A stretch of 64,000 bases of DNA from Candidatus Latescibacterota bacterium (GCA_965204725.1 OZ242005.1:576001-640000), one strand, 5' to 3'. Positions 9,830 through 19,643 are shown, counted from the first letter of the stretch. Translations and numbers: made by a program. Notes: a model not told the origin generated them from the sequence alone.

Positions 9830-11280
9830 CCACAGTCATCATCTTCTGCTATCTAGGGCTCGTACTCTGCATCGGCGTCCTCTCCAATCGCTTCTTTCGC
9901 GGCACGGGCGAGGACTACTTCGTCGCCAGCCGCTCCATCGGCCCCTTTCTGCTGCTGATGTCGCTGTTTGGCACCAACATGACCGCGTTTGCCATTTTGG
10001 GAGCCTCCGGCGAAGCCTACCACACCGGCATCGGCGTCTTTGCCCTGATGCCTTCGGGCGCGGCACTCATCATTCCGGCGGTTTTCTTCTTCATCGGCCC
10101 CCGCGTCTGGGCGCTGGGCAAGCGGCACAACTTACTCACCCAAGTCCAGTACTTCCGCCGTCGCTGGGACTCCGACGGCTTGGGGCTGCTCCTCTTTGTG
10201 GTCATGATCGCACTGCTGATTCCCTACCTGCTCATCGGCGTCATGGGCGGCGGCATTACCCTCGCCCAAGTTACCAAGGGGCAGATCCCCCAATGGGCCG
10301 GTGGGCTGCTGATCTGCTTGGTGGTGCTGACTTACGTCAGCTTCGGCGGCATGCGGAGCACCGCTTGGGCCAATGCCTTCCAAACGCTGGTCTTTATGAT
10401 TCTCGGCGGCGCGACCTTCTTCGTCATCGTCAACGAGTTGGGCGGGCTAGACCGCGCGCTCGCGCAAGTCGCAGCCGCGCACCCCGATCTCCTGATCAAG
10501 GGCGACCGCATCAGCCCGATCAAGCTGTTGACCTACACGTGTATCCCGCTGTCGGTGGGCATGTTCCCCCACCTGTTTACCCACTGGCTCACCGCCCAAA
10601 GCGCCCGCACCTTCCGCTATCCCCTGATGCTGTATCCCCTGTGCATCGCCATCGTCTGGATCCCCAGCGTGCTCTTGGGAATTTTTGGCCGCATTGACTT
10701 TCCCGGCCTTGAGGGCGCGGCCGCCAACTCCGTGCTCGTCAAGATGATCGACCTATACGCGCCCGGTGCGTTGGCCGGCTTGCTCGCGGCCGGCGTCTTT
10801 GCCGCCATTATGTCCTCGCTCGACTCGCAGGTGCTCTCCATCAGCAACATGTTCACTCAAGACATCGTCCGGCACTACCGCAAGGGCGACGAGCTGAGCG
10901 AAAAGGCCCAAGTCCTGTGGGGCCGCCTCTTTGTGATCGCGATCTTAGCCATTACCTACGTGCTCTCGCTGGTCTCGGCCCGCAGCATCTTCTCGCTCGC
11001 CGTCTGGTCCTTCACCGGCTTTGCCGCGCTCTTTCCGGTGGTCGTCGCCGCCCTCTTCTGGAAGCGCAGCACCCAATACGGCGCCTTGGCCTCGGTGCTC
11101 ACCGTGGCCGCGCTCTGGTCCTACTTCTTTTTTCAGGGGTGGCAAATCCCCGGCTACACGGTCGGCATGACCGGGGTGATGCCCGTGGCCGTGATCCTAG
11201 CCGCTTCGGCCGCGGCCATGGTCGGCGGCTCGCTGCTGACCAAGCCCCCGGCCAAAACCACTGTCGATGCCTTCTTCTAA
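9826..11280 (+). CDS. Sodium:solute symporter family transporter
   Basis: EDYFVASRSIG, GGMRSTAWANAFQ, AAIMSSLDSQ; ~13 TM segments. Confidence 0.9.
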   Translation: MTTVIIFCYLGLVLCIGVLSNRFFRGTGEDYFVASRSIGPFLLLMSLFGTNMTAFAILGASGEAYHTGIGVFALMPSGAALIIPAVFFFIGPRVWALGKRHNLLTQVQYFRRRWDSDGLGLLLFVVMIALLIPYLLIGVMGGGITLAQVTKGQIPQWAGGLLICLVVLTYVSFGGMRSTAWANAFQTLVFMILGGATFFVIVNELGGLDRALAQVAAAHPDLLIKGDRISPIKLLTYTCIPLSVGMFPHLFTHWLTAQSARTFRYPLMLYPLCIAIVWIPSVLLGIFGRIDFPGLEGAAANSVLVKMIDLYAPGALAGLLAAGVFAAIMSSLDSQVLSISNMFTQDIVRHYRKGDELSEKAQVLWGRLFVIAILAITYVLSLVSARSIFSLAVWSFTGFAALFPVVVAALFWKRSTQYGALASVLTVAALWSYFFFQGWQIPGYTVGMTGVMPVAVILAASAAAMVGGSLLTKPPAKTTVDAFF

Positions 11281-11289
11281 CGATTAGCG

Positions 11290-12576
11290 ATGCGCCTTGC
11301 CTATATCACGGCCGGGGCCGCTGGCATGTACTGCGGCAGTTGCATCCACGACAACGCGCTCGCGGCCGCCTTGGTGCGCCGCGACCTCGACGTCGCCCTC
11401 ATCCCGACCTACACCCCGCTGCGCACGGACGAGGAAAACGTCGCCCTCGACCGCGTCTTCTACGGCGGCGTCAACATCTTCCTGCAACAGCAGTGGTCGT
11501 TTTTTCGCCGCACCCACCGCTTCTTCGACCGCATCCTCGACTCGCCGTTCCTGCTCCGCACCCTCGCGCGCTTTGGCTCTGCTACCAACGCCCGCGCTTT
11601 GGGGCCGCTCACCGTCTCGATTCTCGCCGGCGAGGAGGGGAACCAACAAAAGGAACTCACCCGCCTCATCGCCTATCTCCAGCGCGACTTCAAACCCGAC
11701 CTCATCGAGCTGACCAACGCCCTATTCGCCGGCATGGCTCGGCAATTAAAAGCCCGCCTGGGCGTCCCCGTGCTCTGCGCCCTGCAAGGCGAGGACCTTT
11801 TCTTGGACGGCCTGCCCGAACCCCACAAGACCCAAGCCCTGCACACCCTGCGCCAACGCGCCCAAGACATTGACGCCTTCATCGCGCCGTGTGCGTACTA
11901 CCAAGCGCAGATGGCCGCATACTTGCAGGTGCCGCGCACAAAAATCCACGTGGTCCCGCTCGGCCTCAACCTGACGGGACACCGCCGAGAGCCACCGCTC
12001 CCCTCCGACGGCCCCGGCAAAATCGGCTACCTCGCCCGGATATGCCCGGAAAAGGGCTTTCACCTGCTCGTCGATGCCTTCCGGCGCTTAAAAGAGCAGC
12101 CCGAATTTGCCGCCCTCCGCCTCGAAGCCGCGGGCTATCTCAGCGCGTACGACAAGCCTTACTTTGCGGAGCAAGTGCAAAAAATCCGCCGCTGGGGGCT
12201 AGCCGACTCGTTTGCCTATCACGGCGAGGTCGATCGGCGCGAAAAAATCCGCTTCCTCTGCTCGCTCCACGTCTTTTCCGTCCCTTCGGCCTACGCCGAT
12301 CCCAAGGGTCTGTCGGTTCTCGAAGCTTTAGCCAACGGCATTCCGGTCGTCCAGCCCAACCACGGCGCGTTCCCCGAGCTAATCGCGGCCACCGGCGGCG
12401 GCCTCCTCGTCGAACCCCATGCCTCCGCGCCCCTCGCCAACCAGCTTGCCGCCTTGCTCCGCGACGAAAAGCACCGCCGCCAACTCGGACAAACCGGCCA
12501 AACAGCAGTCCACACTCGCTTCCACGCCGACGCCATGGCCGCGGAGACGCTCGCCGTGTACGAGCGGTATCTGTAG
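11290..12576 (+). CDS. Glycosyltransferase family 4 (GT-B)
   Basis: ARICPEKG, VPSAYADPKGLSVLEALANGIPVV; N-terminal GMYCGSC. Confidence 0.85.
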   Translation: MRLAYITAGAAGMYCGSCIHDNALAAALVRRDLDVALIPTYTPLRTDEENVALDRVFYGGVNIFLQQQWSFFRRTHRFFDRILDSPFLLRTLARFGSATNARALGPLTVSILAGEEGNQQKELTRLIAYLQRDFKPDLIELTNALFAGMARQLKARLGVPVLCALQGEDLFLDGLPEPHKTQALHTLRQRAQDIDAFIAPCAYYQAQMAAYLQVPRTKIHVVPLGLNLTGHRREPPLPSDGPGKIGYLARICPEKGFHLLVDAFRRLKEQPEFAALRLEAAGYLSAYDKPYFAEQVQKIRRWGLADSFAYHGEVDRREKIRFLCSLHVFSVPSAYADPKGLSVLEALANGIPVVQPNHGAFPELIAATGGGLLVEPHASAPLANQLAALLRDEKHRRQLGQTGQTAVHTRFHADAMAAETLAVYERYL

Positions 12577-12577
12577 C

Positions 12578-12780
12578 TATAGCAGTCCTAAATGACTTGC
12601 AAGCATGTAGAGATGCTTCGACTACGCTGCGCTACGCTCAGCATGACACACAGACGGCTGCTTCGACTGCGCTGCGCTCAGCATGACACACAGACGGCTG
12701 CTTCGTCCCCCAGACCTTGTCATACTGAGCGAAGCGAAGTATCTCATACCCAAAACGCCATCCAGAACATCCCTTATGAA
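12578..12780 (+). mobile_element. MITE type A (TA-bounded, REP-like cargo), right end missing
   Basis: Starts TATAGCAGTCCTAAATGACTTG; colinear with the reverse complement of 55967-56187 up to CCCTTATGAA; internal 40-bp-period repeat containing CGCTCAGCATGACACACAGACGGCTGCTTCG. Confidence 0.8.
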
Positions 12781-12782
12781 GG

Positions 12783-12810
12783 TTGACAGTGTAATACAAT
12801 GTGTTACACT
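12783..12810 (+). promoter_or_regulatory. sigma70 promoter with overlapping palindromic operator for higBA
   Basis: TTGACA-N16-TACACT with TGn extension; inverted repeat AGTGTAA...TTACACT. Confidence 0.7.
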
Positions 12811-12817
12811 TTTATAC

Positions 12818-13093
12818 GTGATCACAAGTTTCAAGCATAAAGGGCTTGCCGAACTTTTTGAGCGGGGTCACAGCCGCCGAGTGCGTTCGGATTTGCAAAG
12901 GCGCTGCTTGCGTCGTTTGGAAATTCTCGATCAAGCGGAATCATTGGCAGACTTGAATATACCGGGGTTCAACTTTCACGGTCTGCAAGGGTTGCCCAAA
13001 CGTTATACTATTCACGTCAATGGCCCGTGGTGTATCACGTTTGAATGGCAAGATGGGGATGCACTTAGGGTCCATTTTGAGCAATATCATTGA
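12818..13093 (+). CDS. higB: HigB/RelE-like toxin (plasmid maintenance killer family)
   Basis: MITSFKHKGL...PGFNFHGLQG...YTIHVNGPWCITFEW...YH. Confidence 0.9.
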   Translation: MITSFKHKGLAELFERGHSRRVRSDLQRRCLRRLEILDQAESLADLNIPGFNFHGLQGLPKRYTIHVNGPWCITFEWQDGDALRVHFEQYH

Positions 13094-13100
13094 GGTGACA

Positions 13101-13457
13101 ATGGCCGAATATTCCGTCAACCGTCCGTTGAAGCGTGCGCCTGTTCATCCGGGGGAGATTCTGCGCGAAGATGTATTGCCGTCGCTTGAGTTATCGGTTA
13201 GTGAAGCTGCGCGACGGCTCGGTGTTTCGCGTCAACAATTGCATCGCGTTTTGGCTTGCACGCATCCGATTACAACCGAAATGGCACTTAGAATAGGAAA
13301 ACTCGTCGGCAACGGTCCTAAGCTGTGGTTGCGCCTGCAACAAGCTCGTGATTTGTGGCGTGTGGAGCAGCGTTTGGAAGACGAACTTGCAAAAATAAGA
13401 CCTGCAAATTCGACGCACTCCCAACGCGAAAGCATTGCTGGCGTCGCGCCGAGCTAA
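13101..13457 (+). CDS. higA: HigA antitoxin (XRE-HTH)
   Basis: PVHPGEILRED, AARRLGVSRQQL, ITTEMALRIG, WLRLQ; GAGG RBS. Confidence 0.9.
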   Translation: MAEYSVNRPLKRAPVHPGEILREDVLPSLELSVSEAARRLGVSRQQLHRVLACTHPITTEMALRIGKLVGNGPKLWLRLQQARDLWRVEQRLEDELAKIRPANSTHSQRESIAGVAPS

Positions 13458-13513
13458 TCGCGGCCACCGGCGGTCCACACTCGCTTCCACGCCGACACCG
13501 TGTACGAGCGGTA
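13449..13513 (+). repeat. Decayed duplicate of the GT4 gene 3' end
   Basis: Three exact blocks match 12374-12398, 12508-12531 and 12554-12569, in order. Confidence 0.9.
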
Positions 13514-13534
13514 CACCTAGAAAGGATCATCGCC

Positions 13535-14005
13535 ATGACTTGGCTCATCTTCGCCCTCCTCACTGTCGCTAGCTGGGGCCTCTACGGCGTCCTGCTACAC
13601 GCGGGTCAGATCGCCATGGCCGACCCGGTAAATGGCCGCTACAAAGCCTTTCTCTTCGTCGGCTTGGCCTATCTGCTCGCTGCGGTCTTTGGCTCGCTGA
13701 TCGTCCTCGCTTACAGTGGGGCGAATTGGCTCTACCCGGCCAAGGGCGTCTTTTGGTCCACGGCCGCCGGCATCGCCGGCGCCATCGGCGCGTTGGGCGT
13801 CCTGCTCGCCTTTGGCGCCAAGGGGACGCCGGCCGTGGTCATGTCCATCGTCTTTGCCGGGGCGCCCATCGTCAACGCGGTCGTCGCCGCGCTCGTGCAT
13901 CCGCCCGCCGGGGGCTGGGCGACCGTGCGCTGGCCCTTTGTCCTCGGCATCGTCTTGGCCGCCTTGGGCGGCTGCTTGGTCACCTTCTTCCGCCCGGGCA
14001 ACTGA
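13535..14005 (+). CDS. EamA/DMT-like small membrane protein
   Basis: Five TM segments, WGLYG, VMSIVFAGAPIVN; AAGGA RBS. Confidence 0.7.
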   Translation: MTWLIFALLTVASWGLYGVLLHAGQIAMADPVNGRYKAFLFVGLAYLLAAVFGSLIVLAYSGANWLYPAKGVFWSTAAGIAGAIGALGVLLAFGAKGTPAVVMSIVFAGAPIVNAVVAALVHPPAGGWATVRWPFVLGIVLAALGGCLVTFFRPGN

Positions 14006-14006
14006 C

Positions 14007-14423
14007 GTGTCGGCTGCGTTTTGCACGCGCCGCCGCGTCGAGTGGGCCGATACCGATCAGGCCGGTATCGTTCACTTTGCCCGCTTTTTCGTCTTTATGG
14101 AGGCGGCCGAGCACGCTTTCTGGCGCAGCCTCGGCCTGAGCGTCCACCGCGAGCACGACGGCGACCTCATTAGCTGGCCCCGCCTCGTCGCCGAATGCGA
14201 GTACTTCCGGCCGGTCGCCTTTGAAGACGTCCTCGACATCGAGCTATACCTCGAAAAGCAGGGCGAGAAATCCCTCAGCTTTCGCTTCGACTTCCACTGC
14301 AATGGCGAACCGATCGCCCGAGGGCGGCTCAAGGTGGCCTGCTGCGTCTGCAATCCGGGCGAGCGCATCCGCGCCATCCCCATCCCAGCCTGTATCGCCC
14401 GCAAACTGGCGACGCCTCCATGA
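14007..14423 (+). CDS. Acyl-CoA thioesterase (4HBT/YbgC hot-dog family)
   Basis: VEWADTDQAGIVHFARFFVFMEAAE; GTG start after the upstream stop. Confidence 0.85.
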   Translation: MSAAFCTRRRVEWADTDQAGIVHFARFFVFMEAAEHAFWRSLGLSVHREHDGDLISWPRLVAECEYFRPVAFEDVLDIELYLEKQGEKSLSFRFDFHCNGEPIARGRLKVACCVCNPGERIRAIPIPACIARKLATPP

Positions 14424-15097
14424 ACCCAGTTCCGGCCCTCGTCGCCTCTACGGTCTGCAAGCACTTCGCCCTCGGCGACCAGACCATTGAAGTGCTGCGC
14501 GGCGTTTCGCTGCGCGTCGATAAGGGCGAGTCTGTGGCGCTTATCGGTCCGTCCGGTTCGGGCAAGAGCACCTTGCTGCACCTGCTCGGCACCCTCGACC
14601 CCCCGACCTCGGGCCAGATCGCCATCGCCGGCGAGGATCCCCTCACCCTTGCCGAACCGCAACTCGCCCGCTTCCGCAACCAGCACATCGGCTTCGTCTT
14701 CCAAAACCACCACCTGCTGCCCCAATACTCAGCCCTCGAAAACGCCCTAATCCCGGCCCTCGCCTTTCCCCAAGCCGACCAGCGCACCCGCGCCGACGAC
14801 CTGTTGCGAGCCGTCGGTTTGGAACAGCGTCTGCACCATCGCCCGGCCGAGCTGTCGGGCGGCGAATGCCAGCGCGTGGCCGTGGCGCGCGCCTTGCTCA
14901 ACCAGCCCGGTCTCTTGCTCTGCGACGAGCCGACCGGCAGCCTCGACCGTCAGACGGCGGCCACGGTTGCCGACCTGCTCTTCGCGCTCCACCGCACCGA
15001 GCGAGCCGCCCTCGTCATCGCTACCCACGACCTCGACCTAGCGGCCCGCTGCGACCGACGCCTGCATCTGCGCGAGGGTATGTGCATCGAAGCCTGA
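14420..15097 (+). CDS. ABC transporter ATP-binding protein (LolD-like)
   Basis: GPSGSGKST, LSGGECQR, LCDEPTG, ATHD. Confidence 0.92.
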   Translation: MNPVPALVASTVCKHFALGDQTIEVLRGVSLRVDKGESVALIGPSGSGKSTLLHLLGTLDPPTSGQIAIAGEDPLTLAEPQLARFRNQHIGFVFQNHHLLPQYSALENALIPALAFPQADQRTRADDLLRAVGLEQRLHHRPAELSGGECQRVAVARALLNQPGLLLCDEPTGSLDRQTAATVADLLFALHRTERAALVIATHDLDLAARCDRRLHLREGMCIEA

Positions 15098-18000
15098 TTT
15101 ACTACTGGCGGGTTCACGTAGGCCTGCTGCTGGGGACGGCCGTCGCCACAACCGCCCTGACCGGCGCGCTCCTCGTCGGCGACTCCATGCGCGGGAGTTT
15201 GCGCGACTTGGCGTTAGAGCGTCTAGGCCGCATTGATTACGCGCTGGTTGCGGCGCACTTTTTCCGCAGCGACTTGGGCGACGCGCCCGCCATCCTCCTC
15301 AACGGCAGCGCCCGACACGCCGCGACCCAACAGCTCGCGGCTGGGGTGCAGATCCAAGGCGTCGATGCCCGCTTCGCCGCGCTCTTTCCCCAAGGCGGCC
15401 CCGCCTTGCGCGCCGGGCTTGAGCCAACGCCCGGCCAGCCGTTTCCCTCGCTCGTGGTCAATGCCGCGCTGCAACGCGCCCTCGGCATTGAGCTAGGCGA
15501 CGCAGTGCTGCTCTCGCTGGAGCGCCCGAGCGCGACCTACCGCGAATCCCTGTTTGGCCGCCGCGCTACCGGCGATATCGTCACCACGCTACGTGCGGTG
15601 CTCACCGGCGTCTTGCCCGACCGGGGCGCGGGGCGCTTCGGCCTGCGACCGCATCAGCATCGGCCGCTGAACGCATACCTCGACCTCCAAGCCCTCCAGC
15701 GCGTCCTCGGCCAACCGGGGCGCGTCAACGCCCTGCTCATCGCCGCGCCCGCCAGCCAACCCCAAGCCCTGCAAGGCGCATTCGACCAACGCCTGAGCCT
15801 TGCCGACCGCAAGCTGGCCCTCGCGCTGCACCCCAACTACATCGAGCTGACCAGCACCCGCTTGGTCCTCAACGACTCGACCCGCGCCGCGGCCTTGGCC
15901 AGTGCCGCGGCCTTACAACTCAAAACCGCGACGTTCTCGACCTATCTCGCCAACGCCATTGCGGGTAATGACCGCCAAGTCCCCTACTCAACCGTCACCG
16001 GGCTCGACGACCCCACCGGCCTCTATCTCGCCGACGGACGGCCCGCGCCGCCCCTCGCCGCCGACGGCCTCTACCTCGACGCTTGGACAGCCCGCGAGTT
16101 GGCCGCGGCCCCCGGCGACTCGATAGCCCTGACCTATTACGCGGTCGGCCCGCGCCAAGCCCTCCGCACCGAGCAGGCCCACTTCCGCCTCCAAGGGATC
16201 GTGCAGATGCGCGGCTTGGCTATTGATCCAACGCTGACGCCCGTCTATCCGGGGTTGCAGGAAGAAGGCGACATGGCTGCTTGGGACGCGCCCTTCCCCA
16301 TCGACTTGGGGCAAATCCGCTCGCAGGACGAAGCCTACTGGGATCAGTACGGGGCCGCGCCCAAAGCCTTCGTCGCGGCCCGCACCGGCCAGCGTTTGTG
16401 GCGCAGCCGCTACGGTGCGCTGACCTCCATCCGCTTTTATCCCGCCTCGCCCGCCCACCATCAAAGCCTGCGCCAAGACCTGCTAAAACGCTTGTCGCCA
16501 GCGACCGACTTCGCCTTGCGTCCCGTCCGCCAGCAGGCCATCGCCGCTTCGCAAGGGGCCACGGACTTCAGCGGCCTCTTTATCGGCTTCAGCCTCTTCC
16601 TGATCGCGGCTGCGGCACTCTTAGTGATCCTGCTGTGCAAGTTCGGCCTCGAACAACGCGCCAGCGAAGCGGGGCTGCTGCTCGCCACTGGCTACCCGCT
16701 CGCCGCGGTGAGCCGACGCTTCTTGGGCGAGGGCATCGCCTTGGCCGCGCTGGGTGGACTCCTCGGCCTCGCCGGTGCCCAGCTCTACGCCTACCTGCTG
16801 CTGGTCGGCTTGCACACCTATTGGTTGGAGGCCATTGGAACGCCCTTCCTTCACCTCCACGTCCGCTGGCCGAGCTTGGGGATGGGCTATCTAGCAACTC
16901 TGCTGCTGGTCTCGCTGGCGCTGTGGCGCACCGTGCGGCACTACCACCGGCTGCCCGTCCGCGCCCTGCTCGCCGGGGCACTCGATACCGCCCGTCCGCA
17001 CCCGCACGACCGCCGGATCGTCCTCGCCGCGCTCGCGCTCTCCCTCGCCCTCGCCTTGAGCATCCTCGCCAGTACGGCCGATGCCGCTACTGCGACCGCA
17101 CTTTTCTTGGGCAGCGGCGCGGCCGCCCTGTTGGCCCTGTTGGCCCTATTCGCGGTCTGGTTGTGCGCTCCGCCCTCGGGCCGACTTGGTTCCAGCCTCG
17201 GCTTGGGTCTGCTCAATAGCACCCGCAAGCCCAGCCGCAGCACCCTCTGCACCGCCCTCGTCGCCGGCGCGACCTTTGTCATCGTCGCGGCCGGCGCCCA
17301 TCGGCAGGTCGAGTGGGCCGACGATCCGGGCACGGGCGGTTTCGCGCTCGTCGCCCAAGCGGAGATTCCCCTGCACCAAGACCTCAATAGCGCGGCCGGT
17401 CGCCTCGAATTGGGGCTGGCAACCGGCTTGGATGCCGCGCATTTTTTTCCCTTCCGCGTCCTGCCCGGCGACGATGTGAGCTGCCTCAACCTCTACCGGC
17501 CCCAAGCCCCGCGCGTCCTCGGCGCACCGGCCGAGTTCGTCCAGCGCGGCGGCTGGCCCTTCCGGCAAACCCTCGCTCTAACGCCGGCCGAGCGCGCCAA
17601 TCCTTGGCAATTGCTCCAGCGCGATTTGGGGCCGGGCGTCGTCCCAGCTATCGGCGATTTTCATTCGGCGCAGTGGATTTTGCACAAGGGGCTGGGCGAC
17701 GACATTCCAATTGCGGAGGGCTTGGCCGCACGGTTGGTCGGGCTGTTGGACGGCAGCTTGTTCCAGAGCGAGTTGCTCATTGCCGAAGACCGCTTCGCCG
17801 CGCACTTTCCCGAGCGCGAAGGCTATGGCTACTTCCTAGTCGCAACGGAACAACCCGCCGCCGTTGCGGCCGCGCTCGAAAAGGGACTAGTGCCCTACGG
17901 CCTCGACGCCACCCTGAGTGCCGAGCGCCTGCAAAGCTACCGCGCCATTGAAAACACGTACCTATCGACCTTTCAGACGCTGGGCTTGCTCGGGCTGCTC

Positions 18001-18333
18001 TTGGGGACGCTCGGGTTGGGCATCCTCATCCTGCGCAACGTCCTCGAGCGGTGTGGTGAGTTGGCGACCTTGAGTGCCTGTGGCTTTGGCCGCGCCCGTC
18101 TAAGGGCGATGCTGCTCTACGAGCACGGCTTCCTCCTGCTCGCCGGCCAAGCAATCGGCAGCGTCGCCGCCCTCATCGCCGTGGCCCCCCGCCTCTTCGA
18201 CCCCACCCCTTTGCCTTGGGCCGCGCTGGGCCTTTCGCTCGGCTTGGTCTCGGCCGCTGGCCTATTGGCGTGTGCGGTTGCCGCACATTTAGCGCTGCGC
18301 CGCCCCCTGCTGGCGGCCCTCAAGGCCGAGTAG
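15082..18333 (+). CDS. ABC transporter permease, double FtsX/MacB-type
   Basis: ALLVGDSMRGSL, two FtsX TM clusters (EQRASEAGLL, ERCGELATL), ends AALKAE; start estimated. Confidence 0.85.
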   Translation: MHRSLIYYWRVHVGLLLGTAVATTALTGALLVGDSMRGSLRDLALERLGRIDYALVAAHFFRSDLGDAPAILLNGSARHAATQQLAAGVQIQGVDARFAALFPQGGPALRAGLEPTPGQPFPSLVVNAALQRALGIELGDAVLLSLERPSATYRESLFGRRATGDIVTTLRAVLTGVLPDRGAGRFGLRPHQHRPLNAYLDLQALQRVLGQPGRVNALLIAAPASQPQALQGAFDQRLSLADRKLALALHPNYIELTSTRLVLNDSTRAAALASAAALQLKTATFSTYLANAIAGNDRQVPYSTVTGLDDPTGLYLADGRPAPPLAADGLYLDAWTARELAAAPGDSIALTYYAVGPRQALRTEQAHFRLQGIVQMRGLAIDPTLTPVYPGLQEEGDMAAWDAPFPIDLGQIRSQDEAYWDQYGAAPKAFVAARTGQRLWRSRYGALTSIRFYPASPAHHQSLRQDLLKRLSPATDFALRPVRQQAIAASQGATDFSGLFIGFSLFLIAAAALLVILLCKFGLEQRASEAGLLLATGYPLAAVSRRFLGEGIALAALGGLLGLAGAQLYAYLLLVGLHTYWLEAIGTPFLHLHVRWPSLGMGYLATLLLVSLALWRTVRHYHRLPVRALLAGALDTARPHPHDRRIVLAALALSLALALSILASTADAATATALFLGSGAAALLALLALFAVWLCAPPSGRLGSSLGLGLLNSTRKPSRSTLCTALVAGATFVIVAAGAHRQVEWADDPGTGGFALVAQAEIPLHQDLNSAAGRLELGLATGLDAAHFFPFRVLPGDDVSCLNLYRPQAPRVLGAPAEFVQRGGWPFRQTLALTPAERANPWQLLQRDLGPGVVPAIGDFHSAQWILHKGLGDDIPIAEGLAARLVGLLDGSLFQSELLIAEDRFAAHFPEREGYGYFLVATEQPAAVAAALEKGLVPYGLDATLSAERLQSYRAIENTYLSTFQTLGLLGLLLGTLGLGILILRNVLERCGELATLSACGFGRARLRAMLLYEHGFLLLAGQAIGSVAALIAVAPRLFDPTPLPWAALGLSLGLVSAAGLLACAVAAHLALRRPLLAALKAE

Positions 18334-19618
18334 TAAGCTGACCAATGCAGTACAGATGCGATTCCGTCCGCAGGAAGAGCCGCCCTCCAGCAATGGCCGG
18401 CGACGATAGCGTAAGGGCACCGTCGAGTTCGTTGGTGGCCAGCACTTTGTACTCTGGGCCGGCTTGGAGCACGGTCGTCACCGCGTTTTCGTTGACCACG
18501 TAGAGCTTGCCGTCGGCCAAGACCGGCGAGGCGCTGACCGACCCTTGGGCTATGCGCTTCGGCCCCCACAGCACCACGCCCGTCCTAGCGTCGAGGCAGG
18601 TGGCTCGCCCGCGGTCATTGACCATGTAGAAATAGCGGCCATCGGTGACGGCCGAGGGCACGTCGGGGCCGCTCCGCCCGGTCCACTTCCAAGCCAAGTG
18701 ACTCGTAGTAATGTCTCCTGTGCCACCGGCGCGGAACGCCAGCACTGGTTTGCGGCGACTAGTCGCGTACACCATCCCGGCGACAGCCACCGGCGACCCG
18801 ACCATCCGGTAATTCCGGTCCTTGTTCGGGTTCAAGCCGCCCGCCCGCCACACCTCCTCGCCCGTGGCCGGATCGTGGCCGGTGAGATAGTCGCCGCCAG
18901 AGACTACGATTTGCGTCTGGCCGTCGTGTACGAGGACTACGGGCGAGGTATAGGCATCCGGCGACTCGCCCGCGGCGTCGGTTGGCCGCTCCCGCCGCCA
19001 CGCGACCGCGCCCGTGCCCGCGTCAAAGGCAATCAGGTAGGAAGCATCGTCCGAGTTCGTCCCGTGCAGGACCTCGACGAAGAGCTGGCCATCGTGGAGC
19101 AAGGGCGAGGAGGCGTAGCCAAACATCAGGCCGAAGGGGCCGTGCTCGGCCTGCAAGTCGTAGTGCCACAATTCCTCACCCTCCATGTCAAAGGCCCGGA
19201 TCATCCCCGTACCGGCAACGGCCAACACCCGCTCGCCATCGGTGACCGGCGAAGGAGTGGCGTTGTTGTGCTTGCGCCAATAGGCGTTGCCCTCGTCGAG
19301 TGTGCGCTGCCACAACGTGCTGCCATCGGCCGTGGACAGGCAGCCCAAAATCAGCTTTTCACCGCCTTGGATCTCCTCGCCCGCATTGGGCGACGTCAAA
19401 AAGATCCGCTCACCCCACACCACCGGCGTACTCCCGCTCCAAGAGGGCAGCTTCCGGCTCCAGACCACATTCTCGCTCGCGCTCCAAGCGACCGGCAGGT
19501 CCACGGCCTCGCTGACGCCGTTGTGGGTAGGGCCGCGCCACTGGGGCCAGTACTCCTGACTGGCATCAGCGCACAGCGCGGTCAGAATCAACACCGAGAC
19601 GAGGATGTACTTTTTCAT
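18320..19618 (-). CDS. Secreted PQQ-binding-like beta-propeller protein
   Basis: Signal peptide, YWPQWRGP, PSPVTDG, SSPAIAGGRLFLRTESHLYCIG. Confidence 0.85.
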   Translation of the reverse strand: MKKYILVSVLILTALCADASQEYWPQWRGPTHNGVSEAVDLPVAWSASENVVWSRKLPSWSGSTPVVWGERIFLTSPNAGEEIQGGEKLILGCLSTADGSTLWQRTLDEGNAYWRKHNNATPSPVTDGERVLAVAGTGMIRAFDMEGEELWHYDLQAEHGPFGLMFGYASSPLLHDGQLFVEVLHGTNSDDASYLIAFDAGTGAVAWRRERPTDAAGESPDAYTSPVVLVHDGQTQIVVSGGDYLTGHDPATGEEVWRAGGLNPNKDRNYRMVGSPVAVAGMVYATSRRKPVLAFRAGGTGDITTSHLAWKWTGRSGPDVPSAVTDGRYFYMVNDRGRATCLDARTGVVLWGPKRIAQGSVSASPVLADGKLYVVNENAVTTVLQAGPEYKVLATNELDGALTLSSPAIAGGRLFLRTESHLYCIGQLTTRP

Positions 19619-19643
19619 TGATAGGCTCCTTTCTTCGCCGCTA

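Noticed and set aside
12617-12705. 40-bp-period repeat as a possible CRISPR array
   Set aside because: Only two units, the intervening sequences are identical, it lies inside a MITE, and no cas genes are present.
12592-12817. 64-aa ORF, the N-terminal extension of the HigB ORF, and similar ORFs at 55865-56312
   Set aside because: They are translations of the MITE/REP repeat; the HigB family start is the GTG at 12818.
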